Shown here piece after piece: positions 50,186-63,212 of a DNA stretch of 64,000 bases; positions within the stretch are counted from its first letter, which is position 1, and the number at the start of each line of letters is the position of its first letter. The translations under genes and the position numbers were made by a program. The notes beneath the pieces were generated by a model. That model did not search any database. It saw only the letters and a list, made by a program, of their open reading frames with translations, and was not told where the DNA came from. Source of the stretch: Lama glama (Eukaryota); NCBI GenBank assembly GCA_028534125.1, contig CM052817.1:10728001-10792000 (forward strand). The letters are read 5' to 3'.

Positions 50186-50550
50186 TCCACTCTCCCCCGC
50201 CTCACGATGTCCCCCCCCCAACCCTGCCACTCTTGACTGTACATACTTCCATAAATGTCGAGCACATTAAAAGCACGGATGCCCCTAGTCATTCTTATTT
50301 ACCACTCCTATTTTAGAAACAAAATTAATTTATACAACGTATCAAAGTGAATATGCCCTAAAGTCCAGAAAGCCAGCGAGCCAGAAAGCAAATGTTGGTG
50401 TGCTTCGTGGCTGATTCTGTTGGTTGAGACACAGCAAAGGGCTCATGGGCGCAGGATGGGTCATTCCAGCTCTTGCAGTTTGGAGCCAGGTAAACCTGAT
50501 CACCTGCAAAATGATGGGGTCAAATGGCCTAAGCTAACACCTTTCCGTTT

Positions 50551-50650
50551 TATTTTTTTTAACTTTCTTTTAATGGAGGTCCTGGGGATTGAACCCAGAA
50601 CCTCGTACACGCTAAGCATGCACTCTACCACTGAGCTATAACCACGCCTC
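50551..50650 (-). mobile_element. tRNA-Ala-derived camelid SINE (short Vic-1-like)
   Basis: 'tggaggtcctggggattgaacccagaacctcgtacacgctaagcatgcactctaccactgagctata', with T-rich tail. Confidence 0.88.
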
Positions 50651-50914
50651 TAAAGATATTTTCCAGTCTGAAAATTCTCTGACAGAAAGGCTGGGCCTGG
50701 GCGGTCAGTAGCCGAGAATCATCTTCAGATGGTCCTCTGTCTTGAATGGGGCACCCAGGGGTTCTGTTTCACACCTGATGGTACAGGCGGGGAAAGAGCA
50801 CACAAAGAAACTAAGTTCTGGAAGGATTTTATGGCATCATCACAAGAACTGCTCACGTGATCCAAATACCTAATTCTACTTTTTCTCTATTATTTTGGAC
50901 AAAATTGTATTTGT

Positions 50915-51070
50915 AATAGTTGTAGCTCATGATTATAAGCACTTGTTCTGCCAGGCACTATTCTAAGCACTTTTGCTATTTTAAATGCTGCCCCTCACCT
51001 GCTGCCTTTCAGGTAGGTGCTGCGATCGCCCCATTTAACAGCAAGAGCTGACATTCAGGTACAGTGGGGC
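50915..51070 (-). mobile_element. MIR SINE
   Basis: 'agcacttgttctgccaggcactattctaagcacttt...aggtaggtgctg...ccccatttaacag'. Confidence 0.7.
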
Positions 51071-52019
51071 TCAGTAGTGGCCCCAGATGCGCTTAGCACA
51101 TGTTCTCTGCTATCTTTCTAACTAAAACCGACTGGAGTGAAGAACTTACTATCGAGAGAGGATTAACCAGGTCTCACAAAGCAGGACCACGCCTGCAGGG
51201 CTTCGGAGGGAGCGCCCCTCCACCTCCGCTTTGACATCTTTCCCCATCCAGCCTGTTGCGGCTAAAACAGCCATCTTGCAAGGCTCCCCGATCAGTCAGG
51301 GGAAAATTTACACTCGTGGGGCACAGCTGCCTTTCATCCAACATCACACTGCTTCTGTGGAGAAGTGGTAGAGTGGCCACTTCCTCTTCCCGCATGGCCA
51401 ATTTCCAAGGGCTGTTTCCCTGAACCACGGAAACGCCTCAGGACTTGTGGCTACGTGCCCACGTTGGCGCAGTCAACCAGGAGGGTTTCCGGGAGCCGTG
51501 GTCCATCCTGTGTCCAGCCTCAAGCAGAGGAGGAACTGAGGCCAGGACAGGGGGTGGGGGGAGGGGGTGCGGGGAAGAGGGTGATGACATTGACCCAACG
51601 TCTCAAGCCCCACACAGCAGAGCCAGGATCCAAGGCAGCCGGACAAGCACCCCTAGGGTCCTTTACAGCTGTTTCCAGTACCGCACAGCCTCTCCTCCAT
51701 GTTGCTCTGACCTCTCAGCTCCAGAAAGCAACTTCCTCAGTCCTTGCAGAAACATCGTGCCCTGGAAGCTCGTCCTGGGTGCACCCTCTCTCCCTCCCTC
51801 TCCCAGGGAAGGTGTCCCTACGTCTCTGCTGCTCTAGAATCTCTCTGTCAACTCGCCGCCCACACTGTCCCCAGCCATGCCTCTCACATTGAGAACGATC
51901 CCTGCCGCGTGACCACCCCAAGTCTGTCTGCTCAGTGCATCCATTGCAACACTCAGAGAACCAGCTAGAGACCCAAGGCTTGGCATTTTTCAAAGAAGAA
52001 TTAAGACAGTCCCTTGCTC

Positions 52020-52170
52020 ATGAGGGCTGCTGGGTAATCACTGATGTCTGGGTAGATGGAAGCCTCTTGGGGATCTTGTCAAAATGAATATCTTCCTGAA
52101 TCCCCTGAGGGGAGAGTGGATTCTGCAGGTCTGAGGTGGAAACCAATTTTAATGCACTCCCAGGTGACAT
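52020..52170. mobile_element. hAT-Charlie MITE (MER5-like)
   Basis: 'ggggatcttgtcaaaatg...gattctgcaggtctgaggtgg...ttttaatgcactcccaggtga'. Confidence 0.55.
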
Positions 52171-55100
52171 GGTGTGACACTGTTTGGTGTCCCCCTCCCT
52201 GGACCTCCTGGATCCACAGGTGCACATGGTCTCCTTGGACAGCTGACTACCCAACGTCACACCCAGGCCAGTGGATAACTTACTCTTGCCCAAAGAAAGT
52301 TTTTGTCTTTAGCAGGTTTTGATTTTCTCCCCTCCCTTCATTCCTGGTGTGCATGAGCTTTGTTTTATAAGAGCAGTGACTCAACACTGACTCACACTGT
52401 CTTTCCAGCCCACCTCTTCTTTCCTGAACTAACTGGGGCTCTTTTCATCTCTTCAGCCTCCTCTGAAAAAGGCAGGCGGGGAGAACAGGATTTCTCACTG
52501 GTGGTTCTGCTCCCAGTTTTACATACACAACAAAACTTTTTTCCACCCGAGGTACATAAGCATAACACTCAGCCCTTTATCCGAGCCTCATACGTATGAC
52601 TCCACAAAGTATCTTTCTACAGACTGGTGGGCATTTCCGCTAGGACGGGTCATATTTATAACCCAAATAATTATGATAGAAAAGACCTCCTTATCCCAGG
52701 TTGAAATGTTTCCAAGTTCTTTTATCGTCAAACCTTTTCTGGGTGAAGAGCAAGATCGCTCTTTTACTACGTGGATGCTCAGTCCATGATCATCACAGAA
52801 CTTTGGCTTCCTTCTTGACCTTCTGTCTCCTTCTCTCACCTGCATTCCTTCCCTTCATTTCTAAGCCAGAGCTACCATTGCTTTGGTTCTAGGTTTTTGG
52901 TTATTTTGCTGAACATTAAGCCTCATGTGGAGTAGACAGAAGCCTCAGTAGCATACCACCAACAAAGCATCCTTTTCTCCAGCAAAAAACATTCAGAGAG
53001 GAGACTCCATAGCCCAGCAAATTCAGTCATGTGTTGTGGAACATGTTCGGCATTCCTCCTTCTTGAGAACACATGTCCACCTGCCCAGTGCTGTGTCAAA
53101 TTCAGAGAATTGTTCTTTCATTTGGAGGGTGACACTTCCTCCCTTATCTTCCAGGGGAAACTCTGCCCCAGCTCCGATGCCTTCTCAGTAACCATGTCCT
53201 AAGTGTTTCCTTTCAAAGGATCCCCTGGCACCTCCAATTCCCTATGTCCCAAAGGGAACCAACCAGCTTCTCTCAGAAATCAATTCCCCTTCCTTGCCTA
53301 CTTGCTTCCTTATGAGATTTTTTTTCCAAAGTCTTCCTCTTTCACCGTGGATGCTCTGCTCAGTCTCAACACAAATGAAGTGGGATCATTTATTATGCCC
53401 TCTCTTCCTAAATCCTCCAGGGCACAAAGAAGGGCACATGAGCACCAATTCCATAAATACTGAATTAGAGGGAATGAATTTAAGCATAAAGTTGCTGGAA
53501 AATGAGAAAAAGGTGAGGAATTATATTCTTTCAGTCTTCGCTACAATGATTTTACAGAAAATGCTTTAATGATGACAATATCTGATCTTCATACATAACT
53601 TTCCAAAGTGCTTCCGCATATATGATTTCATTAAATTCTCATCTCAGTAGTAGTCAAGGAAAAGTTCTGCAATCAAAAGATCTGAATCTGAGCCCCACCT
53701 TTACCTCTTACTAGCTTACTTAACTTGAACACAGGTTATAATCTTTTGAGTCTAATCAAGATGATAATAATAACTCAAAGGTATTTAAGATTCTAAAAAT
53801 TACACCCTGTGTGTGAAAGTAAATTGTAAGCCAATGGCCTCCTCTAAGACTCCATCTTCCATGAAGTCGCCTGGTGGAGGTGACAACCTTCCCCTGTCGT
53901 CCTACTCTGCATGATCTTACTTCCCAAGCAAGCAGCACTGAAATGACCCTATCTAACCCATAGGCTCCTTATTCATTTCTGTGTTCTCTGAGTCTAGCAT
54001 TGTGCAGTTCACTAATTATTTATTCAACGAAAGGATGAACTTTTAGCACATGTGGTCATTAGGATCATATTTACGGCTCTTTTCTTCAGTTAAAACCCTG
54101 CATTTGAATTGGGGTCTCCTTCCCTGTGTTCTGAGCTCTGATCCAAATGGAAGAGCGAGCGTAATTTTGTCAGAGTACTCTGTAAAACATTCCCACACAT
54201 CTGTTTAGACTTTTGCCTTGCAACAACAACAAAAAATGTATAAATATATGTATATATGTGGATTAATTATTCTGAAAAAAACAGGGTGGGGAACTGAGTC
54301 AAGCTAAGAAATAACGATCACTTATTACTGGACTAACAAAGCAGATACTTAATCAGTTTGCCAACAAGTTATCCATTGTTGGAAATTAACCTGAAATCTG
54401 ATCTCTAGATACAACGTATGTGCAGTAAGGTGAAGTGTAAGGCTTTGCCTTTTTTTTTTTTTGAGGCATCACACTACTCTGCCCCTCTTCCCAAGAAGTC
54501 TCCTAATTATACACAAGTCCAGCTCCTCTCACTCATTGAAATTTAGTAGTGGAGGCCTGCCTCCAAGCCATAAAACAACCTATCGCTTAGGTAAAATAAC
54601 TCACACAGGGCTGGGGGGGCAGGGGAGAAATCGATTGAGAAGAAGCCAGATGAGAAACGTACCTGGGGCGCAATCTGACCCATCGTTTGCAATGTCTTCA
54701 CCATCCACCACCTTCATCACCTGATTGGATGGCCGATCGCCTGGCTCCTTCTAGCTCTGAGGAGCCAAAATCTTCACTCATAGTTACTCACGCCAGTTGC
54801 CTGCTGCTCTTTTATGGGTTGCAACTCGTGTGCCTGGCTAACTGATTTGTTCCAGCTGCAGCTCTATTTTCTCCCTTCCATGTTATTTAATTGATCCTGG
54901 CTGTGTCTGGTCCTACAAAGAAGCCCTCATGGACCTTGTAACATACACTATATATCCTGTATGTACTCCTGCGTCCTGACAAGGAACATAAAAGTCAGAA
55001 ATGGCAGGAGACAAGGAGAGGGGAAGTCAAACAAAACAGTATGAATGCAAATCGCTTGGCTTGTCTCCTTGGGTCTCCCAACCAATGTCCACCGCTCCTG

Positions 55101-55420
55101 GGACCAACTGACTTTCTTCCTACAGACAGCACATCTCTTGAGACTCAAAGTTTCTCTTCAAATTTCAAGAACTGTAATCACCTACAGACCTTTAAAGACA
55201 GAAGAAAAAAACCAGAAAAACAAATGGTTTCCTTTGCTTCTCCTTTGTTCTTTTTGCCGTATGCATCGAGTTCTCACTCTGTACTTGACGTGGCATTAGC
55301 CTCCAGGGAAAGAAAGTGAATTAGACAGAGTTCTGGCCCTGCTGGAGCTCACAGCCATACAGGGGACAAAGATACAAAGACGAATAGCTAAAATATCATG
55401 GGATGTGCCTTAACCTAGAT

Positions 55421-55890
55421 CACCAATTCTCAGTGTACGGTGAGGGACCCCTGGGTCTTCCCAAGACCCTTTCAGTGGGTCTGGGAGATCGAAGCACTCT
55501 TATAATGAAGCTAACGTGGTATTTGCCGTTTTCACCCTCATTCTGTCATGAGTGTACAGTAGAGTTTTCCAGAGCCAACATGACGTGTAAAGGCACAACG
55601 GATTGCAGAAGTAGCTAGAACGCTCCAGCTGTCTTCTATTAAGTCAGGCATTAGAGAGATGTTCAAAATATAAAATAATGCCACTCTCCTTACGATCGTT
55701 TTGTTTTCCAAACTATAGTTATCTTTCACAAAAATCTTTTGTCTGTCGTCATATAATGAGTTTACTATGGTTTTAAAATGATTAATAAATATACATGTAA
55801 AGAATTCTCAGAATCAATTTCTCATATAGTAAGTGTCAGTAGATATAACACACAAAAACCAAAGCTCTTAGGGGACCTCAATAATTTTGA
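55421..55890 (+). mobile_element. hAT-Charlie DNA transposon derivative (Charlie4a-like)
   Basis: 'ggacccctgggtcttcccaagaccctttcagtgggtc...gagtgtacagtagagttttccagag...ccagctgtcttctattaagtcag...aaagctcttaggggacctcaataatttt'. Confidence 0.8.
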
Positions 55891-56260
55891 GATGGTGTCA
55901 GAGTGTCAGGAAATTGCAAAACTCGTACTAAGAGATCCTATATATCCTTTGCCCCGCTTCCCCCAGTGACAACATCTTATATAAATATAGTGCATCGTCA
56001 AAACCAGAGAACCGACGGTGGTTCTGTACTGTTAACTACAGATCTCTATGTGTATTTTACCAGTTTTTGCATGTACTCGTGTGTCTGTGTATGTGTGCAG
56101 AGTTCTATGAAGTATTATCACACAGATTCATGTAGTAATAACTTTGACCAGCATACAAAACTGTCCCATCACCATGAAGAAACTTCCTCAGGCTCCTCCT
56201 TCATCATCACACCCTCCTCCCAACCCTAATTCCTGGCCGCTGCTGGTCGGCTCCTGTCAC
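55890..56260 (-). mobile_element. Old L1MC-like 3' end
   Basis: 'aggaaattgcaaaa...cccccagtgacaacatctt...tcaaaaccag...ttttaccagtttt...ctgtcccatcacca'. Confidence 0.7.
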
Positions 56261-58489
56261 CATAAGATTCCGCATTGAAGGAAGGCTGTCCACATCCGGA
56301 GCTTCTGTTTAGGGATTTATGTGAGCAAGAAATAAACCTCTACTAGGTAAAGCCATCAACATTAGGGATTTTGTTAATTCTTCATGGTAGCAACTACCAT
56401 GACTTTACCTGATAAATCCTTGGGATGCTGGTCCTTCTCCCTGCTTTATACCCACTGGAGTGTATGCTCAGCTCCTCAGACTCATAGAGGAAAAGACCTC
56501 TAATGGTTGGCTGGTTCTTTAAGATCTATTATTCATTACTCTCTTTTCTTTTGACTCCTATAAATATCCTCCACTTATGTTTAAGGAAAATGCAAGAACT
56601 GCAAAGGACTATAGCACCATTCTCTCTGAGACAGCACCACAGCCATTCATTCTTTCACTCAGTAATCTCTCGTTTATTGAACATCTGTCATGTGCCTGCT
56701 ACTATAATATGCTCTGGGAATAAAATGACGAAACAGAATACTTCCTCTCAAGGAGTTTCTGTCCAGAGAGACACAAAGTAACAGTGACAGTGTGCACCAC
56801 AGACAGGGAGGAGGTGAAGTCCTTTCAGAGCAATTTAACGAGGGCTAGAGTGAGAAGACCTCATCCATTTCCAGACTTCCTTTTCACTAGTCTCATAGGG
56901 CTTATAATTTCTGTTGTGGTAAATATGGTCAGAGAGTAAAGAGCTGACAACTCAATGTTTCTAATCTAAAGTCAGGAGCAGCGTCACCCTATAGATAGGA
57001 AGATGGCGAAGGCTCAGTGGAAGAGGTGAGATTTAGGATAGGTTTTGGAGGTTGAGCTGAAGTTCTCAGAGAGAGGAAGAGAGAAGAGCGTCTCGGGTAG
57101 ATGTGACTGCATGCTCGGACATATATAGCCGAGAAATAGCCAAAAAAAAAATGTAAAAAGGAAAGGATAGCTCAGATCTAAATAGCGATTTATACCTCGG
57201 CCAGGAGATGATAGCTGATTAATGACCAAACGAAGGCTACGGGGAAAGCAGTAAGGGATGCAGAGGAGGGAGAGCCTGGTCCAAGCTCAGAGAAAGCTTC
57301 ACAGGGAAGGTCAGCTTAGAACCAAGGAAAGAAATAGCTGTGAAGGCTAAAGACGTTGGAGGCTTCTATTTCTAACCCATTGGGATGGAATTCTTTAACC
57401 TGGAGTATGGAGAGCGTCGTCTTGAGGGTATTTACGTCAGCTTGGGGAATGGGCTTCTCTCACTTCTCAGAGAAAGGGAAGGTAGCTTAAGTATTTTTTA
57501 TCTAAGCCTTTATGTCATCTGTATACAAGCCCTTAGGAGAAAGGCTTGAAAATCTCCTATGACCTCAGTATCCCAGGAAAATGGTCCAGACTAATGCTTC
57601 CTATTTTACTGCCAGAGGGTCCAGAGGGCCAGCGCTTCTGACGCGTTTGGCACGGGCCACATCTGGCCAGGTACAGATCAGGCTAACTGGCTCCCCTGCC
57701 CCATTGTCATAACAGAAAGAGAGGGAAAATGAAATTTAAGTTCAAATAAAGGACAGCGGGAAAAAATCTGTATTTCATATAAGCACATCAGTAAGTGCCT
57801 CTTTTTTGTTCTTTTTTGCCAGCAAAAATTATAACAAAGAGCTCTGGCTGTTCTCTCTGGGTAGAATTAATTCTAAAGCCATTTGTTGTTGTTTCATTTT
57901 GGTTTTTGCCAAATAGTCACCACTCTTTCAACACTCACTTTGCAGTGTTGGGGGTTCCCAGGGGGCATGCGCCCTAAACACACACGGATATTTTTCAATC
58001 GAATGGATCCGGATGGCTTCAGGTTCCCTGGCAAAAATGCTGCACAGGCAGATTGCTTTCACTGAAAGGCAGGAAGGAGAATAGGTGAAGAAAGGTAATG
58101 GATGAATTTTACTTTTCTTTTCTAATTATGATGTCTTTAAAGAAAGACCAGAGCTGAAATTTGCCAGTAGAGGCTGACACCTGCCTCTTTTCAGATTGAG
58201 GCAAAGACTGCCCTCCAAGCCCTTGTTCTTTAAGGCTAGAAAATGTGACTCTGCCCAAAGACTTTTAGGCAGAGAATGATGTGTTTGTTTATTCATCAAA
58301 GCCTTCTAATTGGCTTCTCTTTCTGTCTTTCCTGATGTGCCTAGAAGGGGTTCATCAAGTGAAAAGATGGTCAACACAATTAATTTTGTTTTGACAGAGA
58401 TCCCTGTTTTAAACCCCTGGCATTACCAGCCCCCATGGTCAGCACTGGGGATGCAGACATGTAGCGTTCTTGCTCCTGCTGAGAGGTTG

Positions 58490-59190
58490 CCACAGTTATA
58501 GTGGGAGGCGGGAGTGACAGATGCTGTGGGGGTGAGAGGGAGGACACCTGGCCCCACCTGTGGATGCCACAGAAGATGTGCTGGAGGACAGGACAGCCTG
58601 AGTTGAGACAAGAGGGACCAGAGAAGTTACTAGGGACCTGGGAGGGGTCACGTACGGAGAGAAAGGTACTTCACTTAGAGAGAGCAAGAGACGGCATGGG
58701 ATTGCCTTGCAGCCACAAGTAGTTTCCAAAGCCTGGAGCAAAGAGCATTCTGGTGAGGGAGAAGAGAGCATCATGGGATAATTAGAGACAAGATGTGCAG
58801 GGCCTTGACATCGGGGATGCAGTGCATCCAACAGGGTCCTGGCAGGAGCAGACGGAAGGGTCCACTCACAGAGCTGGTCAAGGAATCCAAGAACTAAGAG
58901 GCAGACAAAGCCAGTACCACTCCCAGGCCTGGGGGAGCCAGGGAAGAAAATAGAGAACCCTAGACCACAAGGATGGTCACCCACCAGGAGATATTGTAAA
59001 GGAATCCAGCCATGACTGGAACTCAGGCACTGCAGCAGGGAGGGAGATGGGGGATCCATGCCCCAAACTTTTCCTCCAGCAGCCTCCCACCTCTACCCAG
59101 TGCCTCCAATGGCCAAAGCCAACCAGAGGTCAGAGGGCACAGAGCCCTGGGAGGTAGGGGTCAGTCCTTGGGACACAGAGCATCCCCAAT
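58490..59190 (-). mobile_element. Ancient ERVL/MaLR-type LTR remnant (family uncertain)
   Basis: 'cccagtgcctccaatggccaaagccaaccagaggtcagagggcacagagccc...tcagtccttgggacacagagca'. Confidence 0.45.
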
Positions 59191-59809
59191 AACATGTTCT
59201 GTTTCTAAAACACAACCAGTCAGTGCTGGCCTTCCTACAGATATGAGGAACGTTAGCTAAAAAATTTTAAGACAAATATCAAGTGAAACATGATGTTTAG
59301 ATAAATACTACAAACATAGGGGAATTCCATGCTAAGAAGCTCCGGGTAACAACTGAATGGTTTCCCTATATTTTGTTAAAAGCATATGCATTGCTAAAAC
59401 CTCCGTTCTAGTGTTTTGGACCTAGATCCATTCTTCCTATAAGCCCTGGGATATTTCTTTGATTCAGTGACTATTTGACAGGAATTCAGCTGAATTTTCT
59501 TTAGTGATTTATATGTTTTGTTAAGGGAAGTTAGTCTTGTTAATAGAAGACAGAATACATGGAAGGAGAGCATTTGCTGAACACATACTATGTGCCTACA
59601 ATCTCATTTAATCTTCACAACTGTCCTCTATTTTTCTTCACACACATCCGAGGCTTGTGACTAAAGTCACAGAGCCAGAATGCAAACCTGGGTCTTTTCA
59701 ATGCCAAAGCCCATCTTCTTTTCACCAAACCAGTGTCCTGTGTGCACGTGTCATGTGGTCTCACAAGCCAAAGGTTCTTATTGGAAAACAGTTCAATTTT
59801 CTGCTTTTT

Positions 59810-59875
59810 CTTCCTTCCTTTTTCCCTCCCTTCTTCCCTGCTTCCCTCCCTCCCTTTCTTCCTTCCGTCCTTTCT
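59810..59875. repeat. Polypyrimidine (CCTT/CCCT)n low-complexity tract
   Basis: Direct reading. Confidence 0.8.
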
Positions 59876-60761
59876 TGATATTGGTTTCTAAACTCAATGG
59901 CTCGCAGGCAACATCTTTATCTCCCACCTCGAATACTTTCTTTGGAAAACAAATCTTACATGATAAACAGTATAACCTTTAACTTTTAAATAACTATTCA
60001 CTAGATCAGCACTGCAAAAACAGTTTTCTGTAAGGACCATCTGTGTGAAGAATTCCTATAATAAGAGAACAAAAACCTACTTTTATGGGCTCCTAAGGAC
60101 GAGAATAGCTTTATTATAGAGTTTCTTCTCAGGGATTATGTTCGTAAAACTTGACCTGAAAAGAACACAATGAGGAGGTCTGTGAGTTCTACTTTACCTG
60201 TTCTGATTCAAGGGCTACTTAAGTTTTAAACTTCTGGAAAATTTTATCTGCCCTGGATTTATGTTTTGCCATGGAATCTAATTCTTCCTCAGATGTTTCA
60301 ACTGAAAAAATCATCCACAGAACTCCTAGAGCAACCGGAATCATCCCCCCAACTTGACAGTGCACACACGCTGAGGGAACTCAGTTTAAGACAGTCGAGT
60401 TAGTGTTAAACAAATCAGAGAAAGAAGATCAGATGTTTCCACAGCCTTTCCCTATTCGTTCTTTCATTCAAGTCGGTGCTTTAAGACCATCTGAGTTCCC
60501 AGAAGCTCCATGACACGTTATTTACTAAGCAGACGCCTACTGAGCACTTCCCTTTAAAGCTTGAAATTGAAAGGACAGACTTAAGTCAAGGACCCAGATG
60601 GTACCCAGCCCATCATAGGACACCAGCAAATGTGAACCCTTCCCAACACTGCTGTCCTTATCTCTCCCACCAAATAAACTCTAATCGCCATTTCTAACTG
60701 AGCATCTTCTACCTCACTGAACTCTTATTTCAAGCCTCTTAGTGTCTCATGCATTTCTTTT

Positions 60762-61340
60762 GTTCCTCATTATTTTTTAATTAAAGTATAGTTGATTTAC
60801 AATGTATTAGTTTCTGGTGTACAGCATGGTGATTCAGTTATATATATACACACATACATACATATTCTTTTTCATTACAGGTTACTATAAGCCATTGAAT
60901 ACAGTTCCCTGTGCTATACAGTAGGATCTTGTTGTTTACCTGTTCTGTACATAATAGTTTGTATCTGCCAATCCAAAACTCTCAATTTATCTCTCCCTCT
61001 CCTCCCCGCTGGTAACCATAAGTTTGTTTTCTATGTCTGTGAGTCTCTGTTTCATAAATAATTTCATTTGTGTTTTTTTTTTAGGTTCCACATATAAGCA
61101 ATATCATATGATATTTGTCTTTCTCTGATTGACTTGCTTGGCTTAGTATGATAATCTCTAGGTCCATCCATGTGGCTACAAATGACATTATTTCTTTTTA
61201 TGGCTGAGTAGTATTCCATTATGTATATATACCACATTTTTCTTTATCCATTCATCTGTTGATGGATATTTAGTTTGTTTCCATGTCTTGGCTATTGTAA
61301 AAGTGCTGCTATCACCATTGGGGTGCTTGTATCTTTTCAA
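60762..61340 (-). mobile_element. 5'-truncated young L1 (same type as 1-615) with 16-bp TSD
   Basis: 'aagtatagttgatttacaatg...gaatacagttccctgtgctatacagtagga...ctctaggtccatccatgtggctacaaatgacatt...ttccatgtcttggctattgtaaa'. Flanks ctcatgcatttctttt (60746-60761) and ctcatgcgtttgtttt (61341-61356). Confidence 0.93.
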
Positions 61341-62884
61341 CTCATGCGTTTGTTTTCCCACCCATTATACTCATTTGCTGAGTCATCAAATGCTCACTGT
61401 TGTGGACCTCCCAGCCCCTTCCTTCTCTACACTCAGCTCCAGGAATTACCATGTCAAACCATGTCAAAATTACTAGCCACCATGACCATATGGTCCCCAA
61501 CAGACTGGTATCTCTCAGTAGAACATTCAGTCTTTGTAATATGTATCAAAATATAATGTTGATATCCTCTGAATCTGATACATTGGGATCATCAAGTTGA
61601 TGAATTTGAGAAGGCATTAATGGTGCACACTGGTACAGCTAGGTCTGGCAAGGGAACCATAAAGTGCCTTTCAGATTAGTGCTCCATCAAGTGTATGAGT
61701 GTGTCCAAAGTTTCCGTGTAACCTTTAGGGATTTGAAAATGTTGTTCCCCTCAGGCACTATCACCTCCTCCCAACCTCTGACTCAGGGAATTCAAACTCA
61801 TGTCTCAGCTAGGATCCATCTCCCTCCTGAAAACATTTTTTTTTCTTTTTCTTTTGGAAAATTTTAAACAGATGGTAAGGTAGGAAGAATACTGTAATGA
61901 ACTTCCAACTACCCATCAACCACATTAAATACCATCATCTCATGTCCAGTGTGTTTTGCTCTGTGGACCTGGGAGTGGGGAGCAAAGAGTGAGGAGCTGG
62001 AACTTTTTCCGAAAGGACAACAGGGAGCACCAGATGAGTTTTTAAACACAGAAATGGCATAGTCAAATTTATTTTTCAATGAAGATCACTCTGACCTTAT
62101 AAGGTGGATTAGAAAGGGGCAAAGCTGAACCTGGGGATACTGGAGAGGAAGGTGTTGTTGGAAAGTAGGTAGAAACTTATGACGTAGTCGGGGTAGGAGC
62201 CCCTGCACAAGCAGATGTGATGAGTGACGGTCATGCTATGGGAGGCGTGTGTAACACCAGCAGCTTATGGGCAGGAAAAGTTCCTGGGAGTTTGAGAAGT
62301 CTCCTTGTAGAATAGTACTGTTTGAGTTTGTTCTTGAAGCCAAGTAGAGACAAGCAGCTATAACTGAATGTCAGTGCGAAGAGAGTTTACCCAACAAAGA
62401 ACATTGTTTATGGCACATTGATAATTAAACTTGACCCTCCATTTGCCATGCTTCACTGACCTTCAGTTAAAGGACCCAGCATATGTGTGCTGTTATTTTA
62501 ATGAAGAGCATTCCCACCACCAACCCTCATACCAATCCCCAGCAAGTCTATATGGTTCTTTAAGAGTCATTACCATGGGCGCTCACACTTCCATCATAAA
62601 ACCTCAAATGAATGTGTCTCACAACCACTTTGCTTTCTCATTGAGGCTGTTCAAATGTCAATGGTTTTAGCACTGAGCTTAACCTTTACGTATTTTCACC
62701 AGAGTTTCAGAAACACAGCCTGTGTTGGATTTTCCTCACGGCGGTGGGTGGGAATGTTTTAGACACACAGTTATAAGCCAAGAAGTCTGGCAGCGCCATC
62801 CAACTGCCTTTGAGATATCATGCATGTTTGGGTGCTTGCAGTAAGGCAATGGTGCTTCACTACATTCAAATGTCAAGCAAATAA

Positions 62885-63080
62885 TAGTCATTCGTTTATC
62901 ACTCATTCAACACAATATTTACCGAGAGTCCATTATGAGACAAGCAATCTCAGAGACCATGAGAATAAGAGACTTGAACAAAATAAGGTCTTCATGGAGT
63001 TTATATTCTAGTGGAAGAGACAGACCATCATACAAATAATGGGTCAGGGTGGAAAGTGCTGTGTAAAAAAATTCATCATG
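62885..63080 (-). mobile_element. L2 LINE 3' end
   Basis: 'tcactcattcaacacaatatttaccgag...cttcatggagtttatattctagtggaagagacagac'. Confidence 0.8.
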
Positions 63081-63212
63081 GGAAGAAATGGCTAAAAGCC
63101 ATATTCCATTGGTCTCCAAGAAGTGGAGAGACTGTACTTTATGTAAGTGGTTACAAAAGAGTCTCAGTTACGTTTTTGACTTCAAAAATATTGGAAGATA
63201 ATTGACCTAAGT

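Noticed and set aside
49756..50292. 178-aa minus-strand ORF
   Set aside because: Runs into an MLT1 LTR and has no recognisable homology.
54657..54795. Minus-strand splice-donor matches (CAG|GTACGT at 54663, GC|GTGAGT near 54791) suggesting small exons
   Set aside because: Acceptors are weak, the spacing is too short for an intron between them, and no peptide is recognisable. Cannot be supported without RNA-seq.
58496..59059. 187-aa minus-strand ORF
   Set aside because: Lies in an old LTR-like remnant. Low-complexity Ser/Pro/Leu composition typical of chance ORFs.
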